A stretch of DNA of 50,880 bases from Candidatus Eiseniibacteriota bacterium (GTDB lineage: Bacteria > Eisenbacteria > RBG-16-71-46 > DASYSL01): the NCBI GenBank assembly GCA_046598045.1, contig JBKJJJ010000099.1, positions 1-50,880 on the forward strand, written 5' to 3'. The notes below the pieces were generated by a model. The model ran no database searches and had not been told where the DNA came from. It was given only the letters and a program-made list of their open reading frames with translations. The position numbers were made by a program, and so were the translations under genes. This document shows, one piece after another, positions 17,923-27,698 of the stretch. Positions within the stretch are counted from its first letter, which is position 1. The number at the start of each line of letters is the position of its first letter.

Positions 17923-19821
17923 CTAGCGCAGCCAGATCAGGGGCTGGGTGACCGTCCCCCGCGAGGTCGTAAGTCGCGCAAAATAAAGGCCCGGGGCCAC
18001 GAGGAAGCCGTCGCCGTCCTTGCCATCCCAGCTCAGGACCGTCGTCCCGCCCGCCAGGGGCCCTGCGAAGACCTGCCGGACCGACCGACCGCGGACGTCG
18101 TGGATCGTCAGGCCCGCGTCCGACTCCGCGCCGTCGAGGTCGCAGCGCAGGTGGATTGCCGCGCCTCCCCGGGAGGGCGAGGGCCACGGCGCCGCCAGCG
18201 CCACCCGGACCCCGGGCGCGGGCCCGGGAGGCGCCCCGAGGAGCGAGGTCGGGAAAAATCGCAGGTTGCCGGCCACGCCCTGCGTGCGCTTCTGGTAGGC
18301 GTAGAGGAAGTATTCCCCGCCCAGCGTCGGAGTAAAGTAGAAGGTCTCGATGCCGTCGTCGGGCGCCCACCCGGTTGCGCTCTCGTCGAACACGTCCGAA
18401 CCCGCGAGCGAGTCCGCCCGCGTGCCGTAAGTGAACAGCGGCTTCGTGACGCGCGGACCATAGAGCCCGAGCGAGATGTCCCCGCGCGTGCCGTCGAACG
18501 GATCGAACACGAACTGGTACTGCACGCCCGCCGTCAGGCTCACCACGCGGCCCGCCCCGACGTGGTTCAGCGTCCCGAGGTCGAGCACGTCGATCTGGCC
18601 GGAGAGCAGGGTGGGCGGGTGCTCGGTCCACTCCAGCGTGTAGTTGCCGAGCGGCCCGAGCGAGATCATGAGCACGGCGCCCGTGTCCTGCGGCGCGTTC
18701 GCATAGTTGGCGACGATGAAGTCGACGACGCTGGGCTCGGCGCTCGACTTGCCGAGCAGCCCGAGGTAGTCGGGCGAGTCGTACAGGCGAAGGTCCGCGT
18801 CCGGCGGAAACACGCCCTGCCCTGGGCGCAGCGCCACCACGGTCCAGCCGCGCGGCGCCGAGGGGATCGTAAAGAAGTCCCTCTGCGACGTGCCGCCGTA
18901 GGTGATCGGATCGTTCGGCAGGATGCGCGTCGCGGTGCGCACCTCGAGGCGATAGCTGCCGGTCCCCGCGGCGTTGTTGACCCAAACCACGAGCCCGACG
19001 GTGTCGGTGGCGGTCGCCTGAAAGTAGACGCCCTCACCCTGCGCGCTGCCGCGGCGGTTCGCGAGCGCAATCGCCGAGGTCCGGCCCGCAGCGTAGTTCG
19101 CCTGCCCGTGCGAGTCGAAGACCGCGAGCCCGAAGTCGGCCGTCGGCGTCAGTCCGGAGGTCGAGATGTCTGCGCGGTAGGTCTGCCCGGCGACCACGGG
19201 CACGTTGTAGACCTGCACGATGTCACCGGAGCCCCAGGAGGGCACGATGGGAAGGGCATCGACCACGATCGTGCCCGAGCCGCAATCGAGCTGGGTGCAT
19301 ACCTCGCCGCTGCCCGAGATGCGATCGGTGCGCGCGTAATTCGTGACCGCGGGGCTGTGGTGAAAGTCCATCACCGTGAATTCGACGCCCCCGAATGCGG
19401 ACGTGGCGTTCGAGCACGCGCGCTGCTGCGTGTACGCCGCGTCGGCGTAGAGGCAGGTGCGGGCGTCGCCGGTGGTCGCGGTCGAGCGCGCGCCGACGAC
19501 GGCCCAGCTGTTGGCGGTCGGAGTGTAGGAGAAGTCCTGCGTCGCGCCGGTCCCGCACGACGGGGTGCCACAATTGAGGGTGGTCGCCGCGTCGGCGTCG
19601 GAAACCGCCAGCGTGGGGAATTCGCCGCCCACACTCAGGAGCGCCGCGGAGAGCAAGAAAGCCAGCCAGATCACAAGAGCACCCGCCACCAGAAAGAGGA
19701 AAATACGCGGCAACTGCGCAGCGTGTCGATGGCGGGACCGCGTGCGCTTACGCCAAGATTCAATGTCTTCGGGAGGCAGGGCGGACGGCCCCCTGCCGGC
19801 TCGACTCGCTGGAACTTGCAT
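17923..19821 (-). CDS. secreted/anchored beta-rich protein with a C-terminal FlgD-like (T9SS-type) tail
   Basis: Hydrophobic N-terminal segment, repeated D.DL.LY/F beta modules, tail PWPSP...IHDVRGRSVR...WDGKDGDG..VAPGLYFARL. The start is uncertain (19875, 19821 or later). Confidence 0.75.
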   Translation of the reverse strand: MQVPASRAGRGPSALPPEDIESWRKRTRSRHRHAAQLPRIFLFLVAGALVIWLAFLLSAALLSVGGEFPTLAVSDADAATTLNCGTPSCGTGATQDFSYTPTANSWAVVGARSTATTGDARTCLYADAAYTQQRACSNATSAFGGVEFTVMDFHHSPAVTNYARTDRISGSGEVCTQLDCGSGTIVVDALPIVPSWGSGDIVQVYNVPVVAGQTYRADISTSGLTPTADFGLAVFDSHGQANYAAGRTSAIALANRRGSAQGEGVYFQATATDTVGLVVWVNNAAGTGSYRLEVRTATRILPNDPITYGGTSQRDFFTIPSAPRGWTVVALRPGQGVFPPDADLRLYDSPDYLGLLGKSSAEPSVVDFIVANYANAPQDTGAVLMISLGPLGNYTLEWTEHPPTLLSGQIDVLDLGTLNHVGAGRVVSLTAGVQYQFVFDPFDGTRGDISLGLYGPRVTKPLFTYGTRADSLAGSDVFDESATGWAPDDGIETFYFTPTLGGEYFLYAYQKRTQGVAGNLRFFPTSLLGAPPGPAPGVRVALAAPWPSPSRGGAAIHLRCDLDGAESDAGLTIHDVRGRSVRQVFAGPLAGGTTVLSWDGKDGDGFLVAPGLYFARLTTSRGTVTQPLIWLR

Positions 19822-19920
19822 GCGCCGCGTTTCCCGGGCATCGCGCCCGGCTCCAGGGCCCCTGTCGAGGTGCAAAGAGTCTATCAGAATCAGTATCGGC
19901 AGGGGCGAATGGGGCCTGAA

Positions 19921-20050
19921 TAGCGTGCGCTGAAGATTGGGTACGGGGCGAAAACAGGAGGGTTAGGGGCCCGGGTGCTCCAGGCGGCTCATGCAGGGAC
20001 AACGGGTTACGGCGTCGGGAGACGCCATACCCAATCTTCAGGCCACAACC
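19921..20050. mobile_element. MITE-like non-autonomous element sharing terminal inverted repeats with the IS at 49855
   Basis: 19925-19943 is a 19/19 match to 49859-49877; the reverse complement of 20026-20050 matches 49855-49879 at 23/25. No convincing ORF inside. Confidence 0.75.
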
Positions 20051-20982
20051 TAGAAGACACTGAACTTGAAGTATTTCTTCGGGTTACGCTGGATGTCGGC
20101 CATCAGCCCGTTGAGGTGGGCGAGCGATTGTTCGAGGTTCTTGTACAGGCCTTCATCCTTCGACAGCTTCCCCAGGTTCCCCTCTCCCCGCTCGATCCGC
20201 GCCAGGCTGGAGTCGATCCGGGAGCTGGCGCTCGCCAGGTCGTCGTAGAGCGCGGGGTCCTTGGCCATGCGGCCGAACGTGCCCTCGCCGCGGTCGACGC
20301 GCTTGGCGAGCGAGTCGAGCGTGCCGGTGAGCGAGACCAGGGACGAACGCATCTCGCCCTGCGATCGATCGATGTGGGCGGTCAGCATCTGCGCATTCTG
20401 GATCGTGCGGTTCAGGCTGACGTACAGCTCGTCCGAACCCGTGAGCTTGCCGAGCGTGCCCTCGCCGCGGCGGACCTTCGCGAGCACGAGGCTGAGGTCG
20501 GTCATCGTCGAGTCCAGCTTGTCCACGATCAGGGCGCCATGCGCGAGCATCGCAGCGATGTCGGTCGGCTCGTCCGAGGGAAGTGTGTCCCCCTCCGCCA
20601 CACGGGGAGAGCGGGTCGTGCCGGGCGTGACCTCGATGAACTTCTCGCCGAACAGGTTGAGCGCCTGGATGCGCACGCGCGAGTCGCGCCGGATCAGGGG
20701 CCACACGCGGTCGTTGATCTTGAACGCCACGCTGACGAGCGAGGAGTCGCCGTGCGGGATGAAGTCGAGGCTCTTGACGGAGCCGACCTCGACGCCCTGG
20801 TACCAGATCGCGGCGCCGGAGACCACGCCCTGCACGTTCGGGAACTGCGAGTGCAGCAGGTACTGCTTCTTGAACAGGTTCGATCCACCCTGGATCGAGG
20901 CCCACAGGAACAGTCCCATCGCCACGAAGATCAGCAGCCCGACGCGCAGCTCGCCCCACTTGATCTCGCCGGACCGTTTCAT
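20050..20982 (-). CDS. mlaD: MCE/MlaD family protein with a helical extension
   Basis: N-terminal TM; GVVSGAAIWYQGVEVGSV, LFGEKFIEVTPG, repeated GEGTLGKL; ends DIQRNPKKYFKFSVF. Confidence 0.92.
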   Translation of the reverse strand: MKRSGEIKWGELRVGLLIFVAMGLFLWASIQGGSNLFKKQYLLHSQFPNVQGVVSGAAIWYQGVEVGSVKSLDFIPHGDSSLVSVAFKINDRVWPLIRRDSRVRIQALNLFGEKFIEVTPGTTRSPRVAEGDTLPSDEPTDIAAMLAHGALIVDKLDSTMTDLSLVLAKVRRGEGTLGKLTGSDELYVSLNRTIQNAQMLTAHIDRSQGEMRSSLVSLTGTLDSLAKRVDRGEGTFGRMAKDPALYDDLASASSRIDSSLARIERGEGNLGKLSKDEGLYKNLEQSLAHLNGLMADIQRNPKKYFKFSVF

Positions 20983-21797
20983 CGCGGTTGCATCCTTTCG
21001 GCCGCGGAGGCGGCGCCGGAGCCGGCCGGGGCCGCGCCGAAATTGGCGACCGCGGTGATCAGGCTCTTCTTGAACGGGTCGAGGAAGTGCGCCACGTCCG
21101 GGTCCTCGCTCACGGCGAGCTCGCGGGCCTGGCCCTCGAAGTGGACCGTGCGATCGTACAGGAACAGGTAGTCGGTGCCGACTTTGAGCGCATCGGGAAT
21201 CTGGTGCGTGACCACGATCGAAGTCATGCCCAGGTCCTCGCGCAGCCGCACGATCACGTCGGTCACCATCTCGAGGGAGTTCGGGTCGAGCCCGGTCGTC
21301 GGTTCGTCGTACAGGATGACCTTCGGCTGTCCCGACGCCAGCGCGCGCGCGATCGCGACGCGGCGCTGCATGCCGAGCGACAGCTCGTCCGGCATCGAGT
21401 CGATCAGTGCCGGGTCGAGCCCCACGAGCACGAGCTTCTCGCGCGCGATCTTGTCGACCTCATCGAGGCCGGCGTGGCCGTTCTCGATCAGCCAGAAGCC
21501 GATGTTCTCCCCCACCGTGAGCGAATCGAACAGCGCCCCGTCCTGGAACACCATGCCGATGCTCTGGCGAATCTTGTTGAGCTGGTCGGCATTCGCCGTG
21601 ACCACGCTCTCGCCGTCGACCTTGATGTCGCCGCGCTCCGGCCTGACGAGCCCCAGGATCAGGCGCAACACCGTGCTCTTGCCGATCCCCGAGGGCCCGA
21701 GAATGATCTTGGTCGTCCCCTTCTCCACCACGAAGGAGACGTCCTCGAGGATCTGCCGGCCCCCGATGCTGTAGTCGACGTGCTCGAAGCCAATCAT
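20979..21797 (-). CDS. mlaF: MlaF family ABC ATPase
   Basis: GPSGIGKS, FQDGALFDSLTV, LSLGMQRRVAIARAL, YDEPTTGLDP, VTH. Confidence 0.92.
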   Translation of the reverse strand: MIGFEHVDYSIGGRQILEDVSFVVEKGTTKIILGPSGIGKSTVLRLILGLVRPERGDIKVDGESVVTANADQLNKIRQSIGMVFQDGALFDSLTVGENIGFWLIENGHAGLDEVDKIAREKLVLVGLDPALIDSMPDELSLGMQRRVAIARALASGQPKVILYDEPTTGLDPNSLEMVTDVIVRLREDLGMTSIVVTHQIPDALKVGTDYLFLYDRTVHFEGQARELAVSEDPDVAHFLDPFKKSLITAVANFGAAPAGSGAASAAERMQPR

Positions 21798-21804
21798 GCG
21801 CGCC

Positions 21805-22590
21805 TCACCAGTGCAGGATCGAGAACAGCACCCGGGTCAGGATGAAGTCGAAGATCAGGATCAGCACCGAGCACAGCGTCACCGACTCGGTGGTCGACAT
21901 GCCCACCCCGCGCGTACCGCCCGTGGTCGTGAAACCCTTCCAGCAGCCGATCCACGAGATCAGGCAGGCGAACACGGCGGGCTTCGCGAGGCCGATCAGC
22001 ATCGTGCCGTAGCTCAGGTTGTGCTGCACCTGCTGCCAGTACAGCCCGAGCGAGATGTGCGCCACGAAGTGCGCCATGATCGCACCGCCGATCAGCGCCA
22101 CGAAGTCGCCCAGGATCACCAGCATGGGCAGCATCACCAGCAGCGACAGGAAGCGCGGCACCGCGAGCTTGCGGATCGGATCGGTGCCGAACGCGACCAT
22201 CGCGTCGATCTGGTTCGCGCTCTGCATCGCGCCGATCTCGGCGGTGTAGCCCGAGGCCAGCCGCGCCGCCACCACGAGACCGATCAGGTCCGGTCCGAGT
22301 GCGCGCACCACCGAGATCGTCATCAGCATCCCGAGCAGCGTCGTCGAGCCCGTCTCGGCGAGCTGCCGCGAGAACTGGAGCCCGAGCGCCTGACCGGCGA
22401 AGAAGGCGGAGATGAGCGCGAGGTGCAACGACCCGACGCCGGCCATGTAGGCCTGCTCGTAGGTGTCGCGCCAATAGAACGGCGGCCGGAAGCTGCGGCT
22501 CACGACCCGTCCTGAGAACTGGGCCAGATCCTGCAACCCGGCGAGGAAGCCAGCGAACCCAAGCAGGAACCCGCGGACGAAGCCGATCAT
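21805..22590 (-). CDS. mlaE: MlaE family ABC permease
   Basis: LGPDLIGLVVAAR..S.YTAEIGAM, DPIRKLAVPR, GGTRGVGMSTT.SV. Confidence 0.92.
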   Translation of the reverse strand: MIGFVRGFLLGFAGFLAGLQDLAQFSGRVVSRSFRPPFYWRDTYEQAYMAGVGSLHLALISAFFAGQALGLQFSRQLAETGSTTLLGMLMTISVVRALGPDLIGLVVAARLASGYTAEIGAMQSANQIDAMVAFGTDPIRKLAVPRFLSLLVMLPMLVILGDFVALIGGAIMAHFVAHISLGLYWQQVQHNLSYGTMLIGLAKPAVFACLISWIGCWKGFTTTGGTRGVGMSTTESVTLCSVLILIFDFILTRVLFSILHW

Positions 22591-22651
22591 TGCCCGGGAT
22601 CATAGCCGCCCTCCCCCTCCCCGGCAAGACGCGGTAGGGTAGGATGCAACC

Positions 22652-24091
22652 ATGAGCCCACCCGCGACGCCCCGGTCTCCCTTCCATCGTGACGAGCTTG
22701 CCGTCGTCTTCGGCGCGAGCGGCGTGTACGCGCTGCGGATGCTCGGCCTCTACATGGCGTTGCCGGTCATGTCCACGTGGGCGGCGAGCCTGCCCGGCGC
22801 CACGCCGTTCTACGTCGGTCTGTCGGTCGGCGCCTACGGCCTGACGCAGGCGATCTTCCAGGTCCCGGCGGGCCTGCTCGGCGACGTGCGTGGCCGCCGC
22901 ATCGTGGTGCTCGGGTCGCTGCTCGTGTTCGCGCTCGGTTGCGTGATCGTGGCGAACGCACACTCGATCCGGGTCGTGATCCTGGGGCGCCTGGTCCAGG
23001 GCGTGGGCGCAATGGCCTCGACGCTGATCGCGCTCATCGGCGACGTCACGCGCGAGCAGGTGCGCACGCGCGCGATGGCGCTCATGGGCGGCGTCCTCGG
23101 CGTCGCGTTCGCGGGCGGGTTCCTGCTCGGGCCGCTCACGTCGGCGCACTTCGGCGTGCCCGCGGTGTTCGGCCTGGCCGCCGGGTTGTCCGTGCTCGGC
23201 GCCGTGCTGTTCGAGTTGCTCGTGCCCGGTCACCTCGTGCCGCGCATCGGACACGTCGGCCTGCCGCGCTCGGTCTCGGCGACCGGCGAATCGCAGCCCG
23301 GCGTGGGCAAACCCGCGCCACCGTGGTCGTGGAGCGAGGCGAAGTCCCTGCTGCACGATCGTTCGCTGCTGGTGCTCGACGGCGGCATCGCCGCGCTGCA
23401 CGCCGCGCTCACCGGGCTGTTCGTCGTGATCCCGTTCGTGCTCAAGGAGTTCTTCGGCCCGCTCGACCTGTGGAAGATCTATGCCCCGGTGCTGGCGTCG
23501 GGCCTCGTGTCGATGGTCTGGGCCTCGCACCAGGCGGATCGTCCGGCGCGCACGCGCAAGGTGCTCCGGGGCGGCGCGGTCACGCTCACGATCGGGCTGA
23601 TCGGGCTCGCGCTCTTCCACACCACGCTCCTCGGCGCGGCGCTGTCCCTCGGGCTGTTCGTGATCGGCTTCGCCATGATCGAACCGGTGCTGGCTTCGCT
23701 GCTCACCCGCTACACCGGTCGCGGCGCGCGCGGCACGGCGGCGGGACTGTTCAACATGTCGCAGTTCGGCGGGGCGTTCGTCGGCGGCGCGCTCGCCGGC
23801 TTCCTCATGCAGTACGGTCGCGCGCTCCCGTTCGCGGCGCTCGCCGTGCTCACGGGCACGTGGGCGATCGCCCTCACCTGGTTGCGCAACCCCGAGGGCA
23901 TCGCAGTCTCGACCATCGACGCCCCCGGCCTCGACGAGACGCGCTGGCAGGCCCTCAGGCCGCGCCTGGTGGCCCACCCCGCGATTCTCGAAGCCGACTG
24001 GACCGCCGGCGGCCCCGTCCGTGTCAGGCATTGGATGACACTCGTGACCGAAGCCGACCTCGCCACGCTGGTGCGCGAACTCCCCGCCTGA
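22652..24091 (+). CDS. MFS transporter, YajR-like
   Basis: LRMLGLYMALPV, GAYGLTQAIFQVPAGLLGDVRGRR, GRLVQGVGA; 12 TM plus a soluble C-terminal domain. Confidence 0.88.
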   Translation: MSPPATPRSPFHRDELAVVFGASGVYALRMLGLYMALPVMSTWAASLPGATPFYVGLSVGAYGLTQAIFQVPAGLLGDVRGRRIVVLGSLLVFALGCVIVANAHSIRVVILGRLVQGVGAMASTLIALIGDVTREQVRTRAMALMGGVLGVAFAGGFLLGPLTSAHFGVPAVFGLAAGLSVLGAVLFELLVPGHLVPRIGHVGLPRSVSATGESQPGVGKPAPPWSWSEAKSLLHDRSLLVLDGGIAALHAALTGLFVVIPFVLKEFFGPLDLWKIYAPVLASGLVSMVWASHQADRPARTRKVLRGGAVTLTIGLIGLALFHTTLLGAALSLGLFVIGFAMIEPVLASLLTRYTGRGARGTAAGLFNMSQFGGAFVGGALAGFLMQYGRALPFAALAVLTGTWAIALTWLRNPEGIAVSTIDAPGLDETRWQALRPRLVAHPAILEADWTAGGPVRVRHWMTLVTEADLATLVRELPA

Positions 24092-24170
24092 ACCAGCCGA
24101 CGTGCAAAGAACACGCAAGGAGCGCGGCCCGCGTGTGCGGAGCGCCCGCCGTGCGTCGTATGCTCCGCCC

Positions 24171-24782
24171 ATGACCGGACGCAATTCCCTCGCCCCTCGC
24201 GTGGCACTGATCGCGCTGCTCGGCTTCACCATTGGCGCCTGCGCGCAGAAGCGCGAAGCCCCCGTGCCGGTGGCCGCCCAGGCGAAACCGCTCGACCCCG
24301 CGCAACTGACGTTCACCGCCGTCCGCCCCGATTCGCTCGCTGCCGTGATCGCGGCCCCGGGCGCGCAGGGCACGCTGGTCAACGTGTGGGCGAGCTGGTG
24401 CCAGCCGTGCCGCGAGGAACTCCCCGGGATCGTGCGCCTGGCGCGCGCCTACCGGGAGCGCGGCCTGCGCGTGGTGTTCGTCTCCGCCGACTTCCCCGAG
24501 GACCTGCCGAACGCGCGCAAGTTCCTCGCCGAGCAGGGCGTCGACTGGCCGACGTACTACAAGATGGGCGGCGACCAGGAGTTCATCGCCGCCCTGAGTC
24601 CCAAGTGGTCGGGCTCGTTGCCCGGCTCGTTCGTGTACGACGCGCACGGTGTGCTGCGCGATTCCTGGGAGGGCAAGGCGTCGTACGCCGCGTTCGAGAG
24701 ACGCGTGCGCCCGGTGCTCGCGCTTCCCGAGCTGCCCCGAGACGACACCGATTCCACCACCACAGAAGAGGATCCTTCATGA
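24171..24782 (+). CDS. TlpA family thiol:disulfide oxidoreductase (lipoprotein)
   Basis: Lipobox-like IGAC; VNVWASWCQPCREELP; WSGSLP. Confidence 0.88.
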   Translation: MTGRNSLAPRVALIALLGFTIGACAQKREAPVPVAAQAKPLDPAQLTFTAVRPDSLAAVIAAPGAQGTLVNVWASWCQPCREELPGIVRLARAYRERGLRVVFVSADFPEDLPNARKFLAEQGVDWPTYYKMGGDQEFIAALSPKWSGSLPGSFVYDAHGVLRDSWEGKASYAAFERRVRPVLALPELPRDDTDSTTTEEDPS

Positions 24783-25426
24783 CCCAGACCACTTTGACAC
24801 GCGCCGCGCTGCTCGTGGCCTCGATCGTCCTCGTCTCCGGCATGCCGGCGGCCGCTCAGGAATCCGCCCCGGCTGCGCTCGCGCTCGGTGCGAAGGCCCC
24901 GATGGCCGACACCAGGATGAAGACCGCCGCCGGGACGCAGGTCTCGATCGCCGACGTCAAGGGCGCAAAGGGCACGCTCGTGGTCTTCACCTGCAACGCC
25001 TGCCCGTTCGCCAAGAAGTGGGAAGAGCGCATCGTCAAGCTCGGCAACCAGGCGTCGAAGAAGGGCATCGGCGTGATTGCGATCAACGCCAACGACCCGG
25101 GCGTCAACCCGGCCGACGGCTACGCCACGATGGTCACGCGCGCGAAGGAGCGGCACATGAAGTTCGCCTACGCGATGGACTCGACGTCGGACATCGCGCG
25201 CGCTTTCGGGGCGACGCGCACGCCCGAGGCGTTCCTGTTCGACGCCAGGGGCCGGCTCGTCTACCACGGCACGATCGACGACAACGCGGACGACGCGAAG
25301 GCGGTCAAGCAGCCGTACCTCGCGAACGCGGTGTGGGCGGTCGCGGGCGGCAAGGCCGTGCCGGTCGCCGAGACCAAGTCGCTCGGCTGCGGCATCAAGT
25401 TCCGGGCGGCGAAGTCGTCGAGCTAG
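24779..25426 (+). CDS. exported thioredoxin/peroxiredoxin-like protein (PRX-like 1)
   Basis: Signal peptide; FTCNACPF, FGATRTPE, YHGTIDD, GCGIK. Confidence 0.88.
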   Translation: MTQTTLTRAALLVASIVLVSGMPAAAQESAPAALALGAKAPMADTRMKTAAGTQVSIADVKGAKGTLVVFTCNACPFAKKWEERIVKLGNQASKKGIGVIAINANDPGVNPADGYATMVTRAKERHMKFAYAMDSTSDIARAFGATRTPEAFLFDARGRLVYHGTIDDNADDAKAVKQPYLANAVWAVAGGKAVPVAETKSLGCGIKFRAAKSSS

Positions 25427-25450
25427 CTCGCGCCGTTTCCGAAGCACAAC

Positions 25451-25488
25451 GCACAAGGCCCCGGGAGCTCTCCCCCGGGGCCTTGTGC
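25451..25488. terminator. bidirectional terminator-like hairpin between convergent genes
   Basis: Perfect 15-bp stem GCACAAGGCCCCGGG / CCCGGGGCCTTGTGC. Confidence 0.75.
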
Positions 25489-25510
25489 ATTCCGTGCGCG
25501 GAGGGGCGTG

Positions 25511-26605
25511 TTACGCCACCGCCGCCTCCGGTTGCGCCACCATGCCACGCCCCAACTCGACTGCGGTCGGTTCGCGCAGCACGAGGCCGAAGCGCGTGAA
25601 GTTGATCGCGTCGAGGTAGTAGTGCACGAGCAGCGTGCCGAGCACGACCGAGTAGTACGCGGCATCGCGCGGCCAGCCGAAGCCGAACTGCAGAACCAGC
25701 GACGTCCCGAACGCGATCACGGTCGCGAGGAAGAACAGCCCGTAGAACTTGAGCGGCGACTGCGCCGAGGCGACCGAGCGCATCACCGGGCCGTTGATCT
25801 CGCCATGCTCGAGCCGGAGCTTGTTGATGTACCACACCAGCGCGAGGTACTGGAACGAGTGCCAGGTGTTGTAGCCCTGGAACGCGATGTCGATGTTTTT
25901 GAAGGTCGGGATGATGAGCGACATCACCGTGGTCACCGAGATGATCGCGACCGATGGGATATTGAGCCGGCCCTCGCGCGCCTCCTTGATGGTCTTGATC
26001 ACGTAGAGCGCGAGGAAGACCGAGAACGCGACCAGCGTCAGCTGCGGGATCCACTCCGCGTTCTGCGCGAACGACGGGAGCAGCAGGCTGCGCGGGCTGG
26101 TGCCACCACCGACCACGAACTCGCCGCGCACCAGGCGCCCCGCCGAGTTGACATAGAGGCCGGTGAAGATCACACCGTAGTCCACCGCGCGATTGAACAG
26201 CGAGCGCGGACGCGGATCCTTGAAGCGGTACACGTCGGTCAGGTACGCGATCTGGTGCAGGACGTGGATCGACGCCCAGAAGAAGAAGATCGTGAGCAGG
26301 AGCACGAGATTGTTGAGCGCGAGCCAGACCACGCCCATCGGGATGAGCACGCAGGGGATCAGCACCCAGTTGTACTTCTTGCGGTACGCGCCGTCGGCCA
26401 GCGTGTAGCCGAACGTCGAGTACAGGTGCGGTCCCCCGACCAGGCCTGCCACCAGCAGGTTGATCGCCGTCGTCGAGACGTGGAAGCCGTAGAGCATCGT
26501 CAGCGGGATCGCGGCGAGCAGTGCGCTGCCGATCAGGAACGTGAGGTCCCATTTCTTGCTGACGAGCCAGAGTCGGTCGGTGGGAACGGTGCTGGCGACA
26601 CTCAT
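25511..26605 (-). CDS. uncharacterised polytopic membrane protein with four His motifs
   Basis: About 9-10 TM segments; GPHLYST, SIHVLHQ, WHSFQY, VHYYLD; GGAGGA RBS. Confidence 0.8.
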   Translation of the reverse strand: MSVASTVPTDRLWLVSKKWDLTFLIGSALLAAIPLTMLYGFHVSTTAINLLVAGLVGGPHLYSTFGYTLADGAYRKKYNWVLIPCVLIPMGVVWLALNNLVLLLTIFFFWASIHVLHQIAYLTDVYRFKDPRPRSLFNRAVDYGVIFTGLYVNSAGRLVRGEFVVGGGTSPRSLLLPSFAQNAEWIPQLTLVAFSVFLALYVIKTIKEAREGRLNIPSVAIISVTTVMSLIIPTFKNIDIAFQGYNTWHSFQYLALVWYINKLRLEHGEINGPVMRSVASAQSPLKFYGLFFLATVIAFGTSLVLQFGFGWPRDAAYYSVVLGTLLVHYYLDAINFTRFGLVLREPTAVELGRGMVAQPEAAVA

Positions 26606-26669
26606 CGGGATGGATCCTCCTGCGTCGCACCGGTGCGTCCATCGCTCCGGTGTGAACTACCTCAAGCGG

Positions 26670-27698
26670 TCAGTCTAGTCGGCGTCCCCGGCCTTGGGAA
26701 GCGAAAGTCTGGTGCCCCTCGGCTACGCTCTTTCCCGCGATTTTAGCGGCCAAACGCGTGTGGAGCCCCGGTGCGAGCAGCGCCGCGCCGGCGCCCAGCA
26801 AGGCCCCCGCGATCGTGTCCACGGCGTAGTGGAACCCCCCGTAAACGGTGCCGAACGCAAGCGCCGGGACGACCAGCACGAGCACCCAGAACGCCGGCCG
26901 GCAGAGGCGCCACGCGGTCAGCCACACGCACACCGCAACCGCCGTGTGCGACGAGGGGAACGCGGTGCCGAGCGAGGAGCCGCGCTCGACGATCGCGTGC
27001 GTCAGCGGGCCGAACACGCCCGGCCAGGACGCCGCCGGCGGATGCCCGAAATGATGATACGGACCGACCACGGGGAAGATGACGTAGATCATGCAGCAGC
27101 CCAGGAACGCGAGCAGCGTGGCAGTGAGCGCGCGCGAGAACTTCGCGCGCGCGCCGGTGACATAGAGCGAGAGCGCGAGCGTCGTGGGCACGAGGTAGTA
27201 CGCGAAGTAGCTGAAATGCACGTACTCGCTCAGCGCATGCTCGGGGAGCGCGACCCGCAGGGTCTGGCTCGGCTGCGCCCCGAAGATCGCCTGCTCCCAG
27301 CCCGCGACCCACACGTCGTAGCGCGCATGCGTGAGGATCGACGTCAGTACCGCCATCTCCGAGTAGAGCGGAATGAACATCAGGATCGGGTACCAATCGC
27401 GCAGCAGGCGCAGCGCCGCGTTCCGGGGCCGCGCCGCGGCGCCGCGCAGGATCGCGACCATCGCCACCAAATGGATCGACAGGTAGAGCGGCCAGGCCTT
27501 GACGTGGTGCGGGAACGCGAGCAGCAGAAGGCTGGTCAGGAGCAGCCAGCCGACGAGCAGCGCGTCCACCGGGCGCAGGCCCGGCGCCTCGCCGCGTTCG
27601 AGATCGCCCGGGCGGCGCGCCCAGGCCGGGCGCTCGCCGGGCTCGTGCTCGGCGGGGCCCTTGCCCTCGATGACCTTGAGGCTGACTAGTGGATCCAC
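26670..27698 (-). CDS. PAP2 superfamily protein, AUR1/inositol-phosphorylceramide-synthase-like
   Basis: FPVVGP, AFPSSH, HYAVDTIAG; about 8 TM segments. The start is uncertain. Confidence 0.8.
   Translation of the reverse strand: MDPLVSLKVIEGKGPAEHEPGERPAWARRPGDLERGEAPGLRPVDALLVGWLLLTSLLLLAFPHHVKAWPLYLSIHLVAMVAILRGAAARPRNAALRLLRDWYPILMFIPLYSEMAVLTSILTHARYDVWVAGWEQAIFGAQPSQTLRVALPEHALSEYVHFSYFAYYLVPTTLALSLYVTGARAKFSRALTATLLAFLGCCMIYVIFPVVGPYHHFGHPPAASWPGVFGPLTHAIVERGSSLGTAFPSSHTAVAVCVWLTAWRLCRPAFWVLVLVVPALAFGTVYGGFHYAVDTIAGALLGAGAALLAPGLHTRLAAKIAGKSVAEGHQTFASQGRGRRLD

Noticed and set aside
19998..20010. GACAACG(G/A)GTTA motif shared with about 38456-38468
   Set aside because: Short; compatible with an IHF-like CAA-N4-TTR site or chance, and too weak to call.
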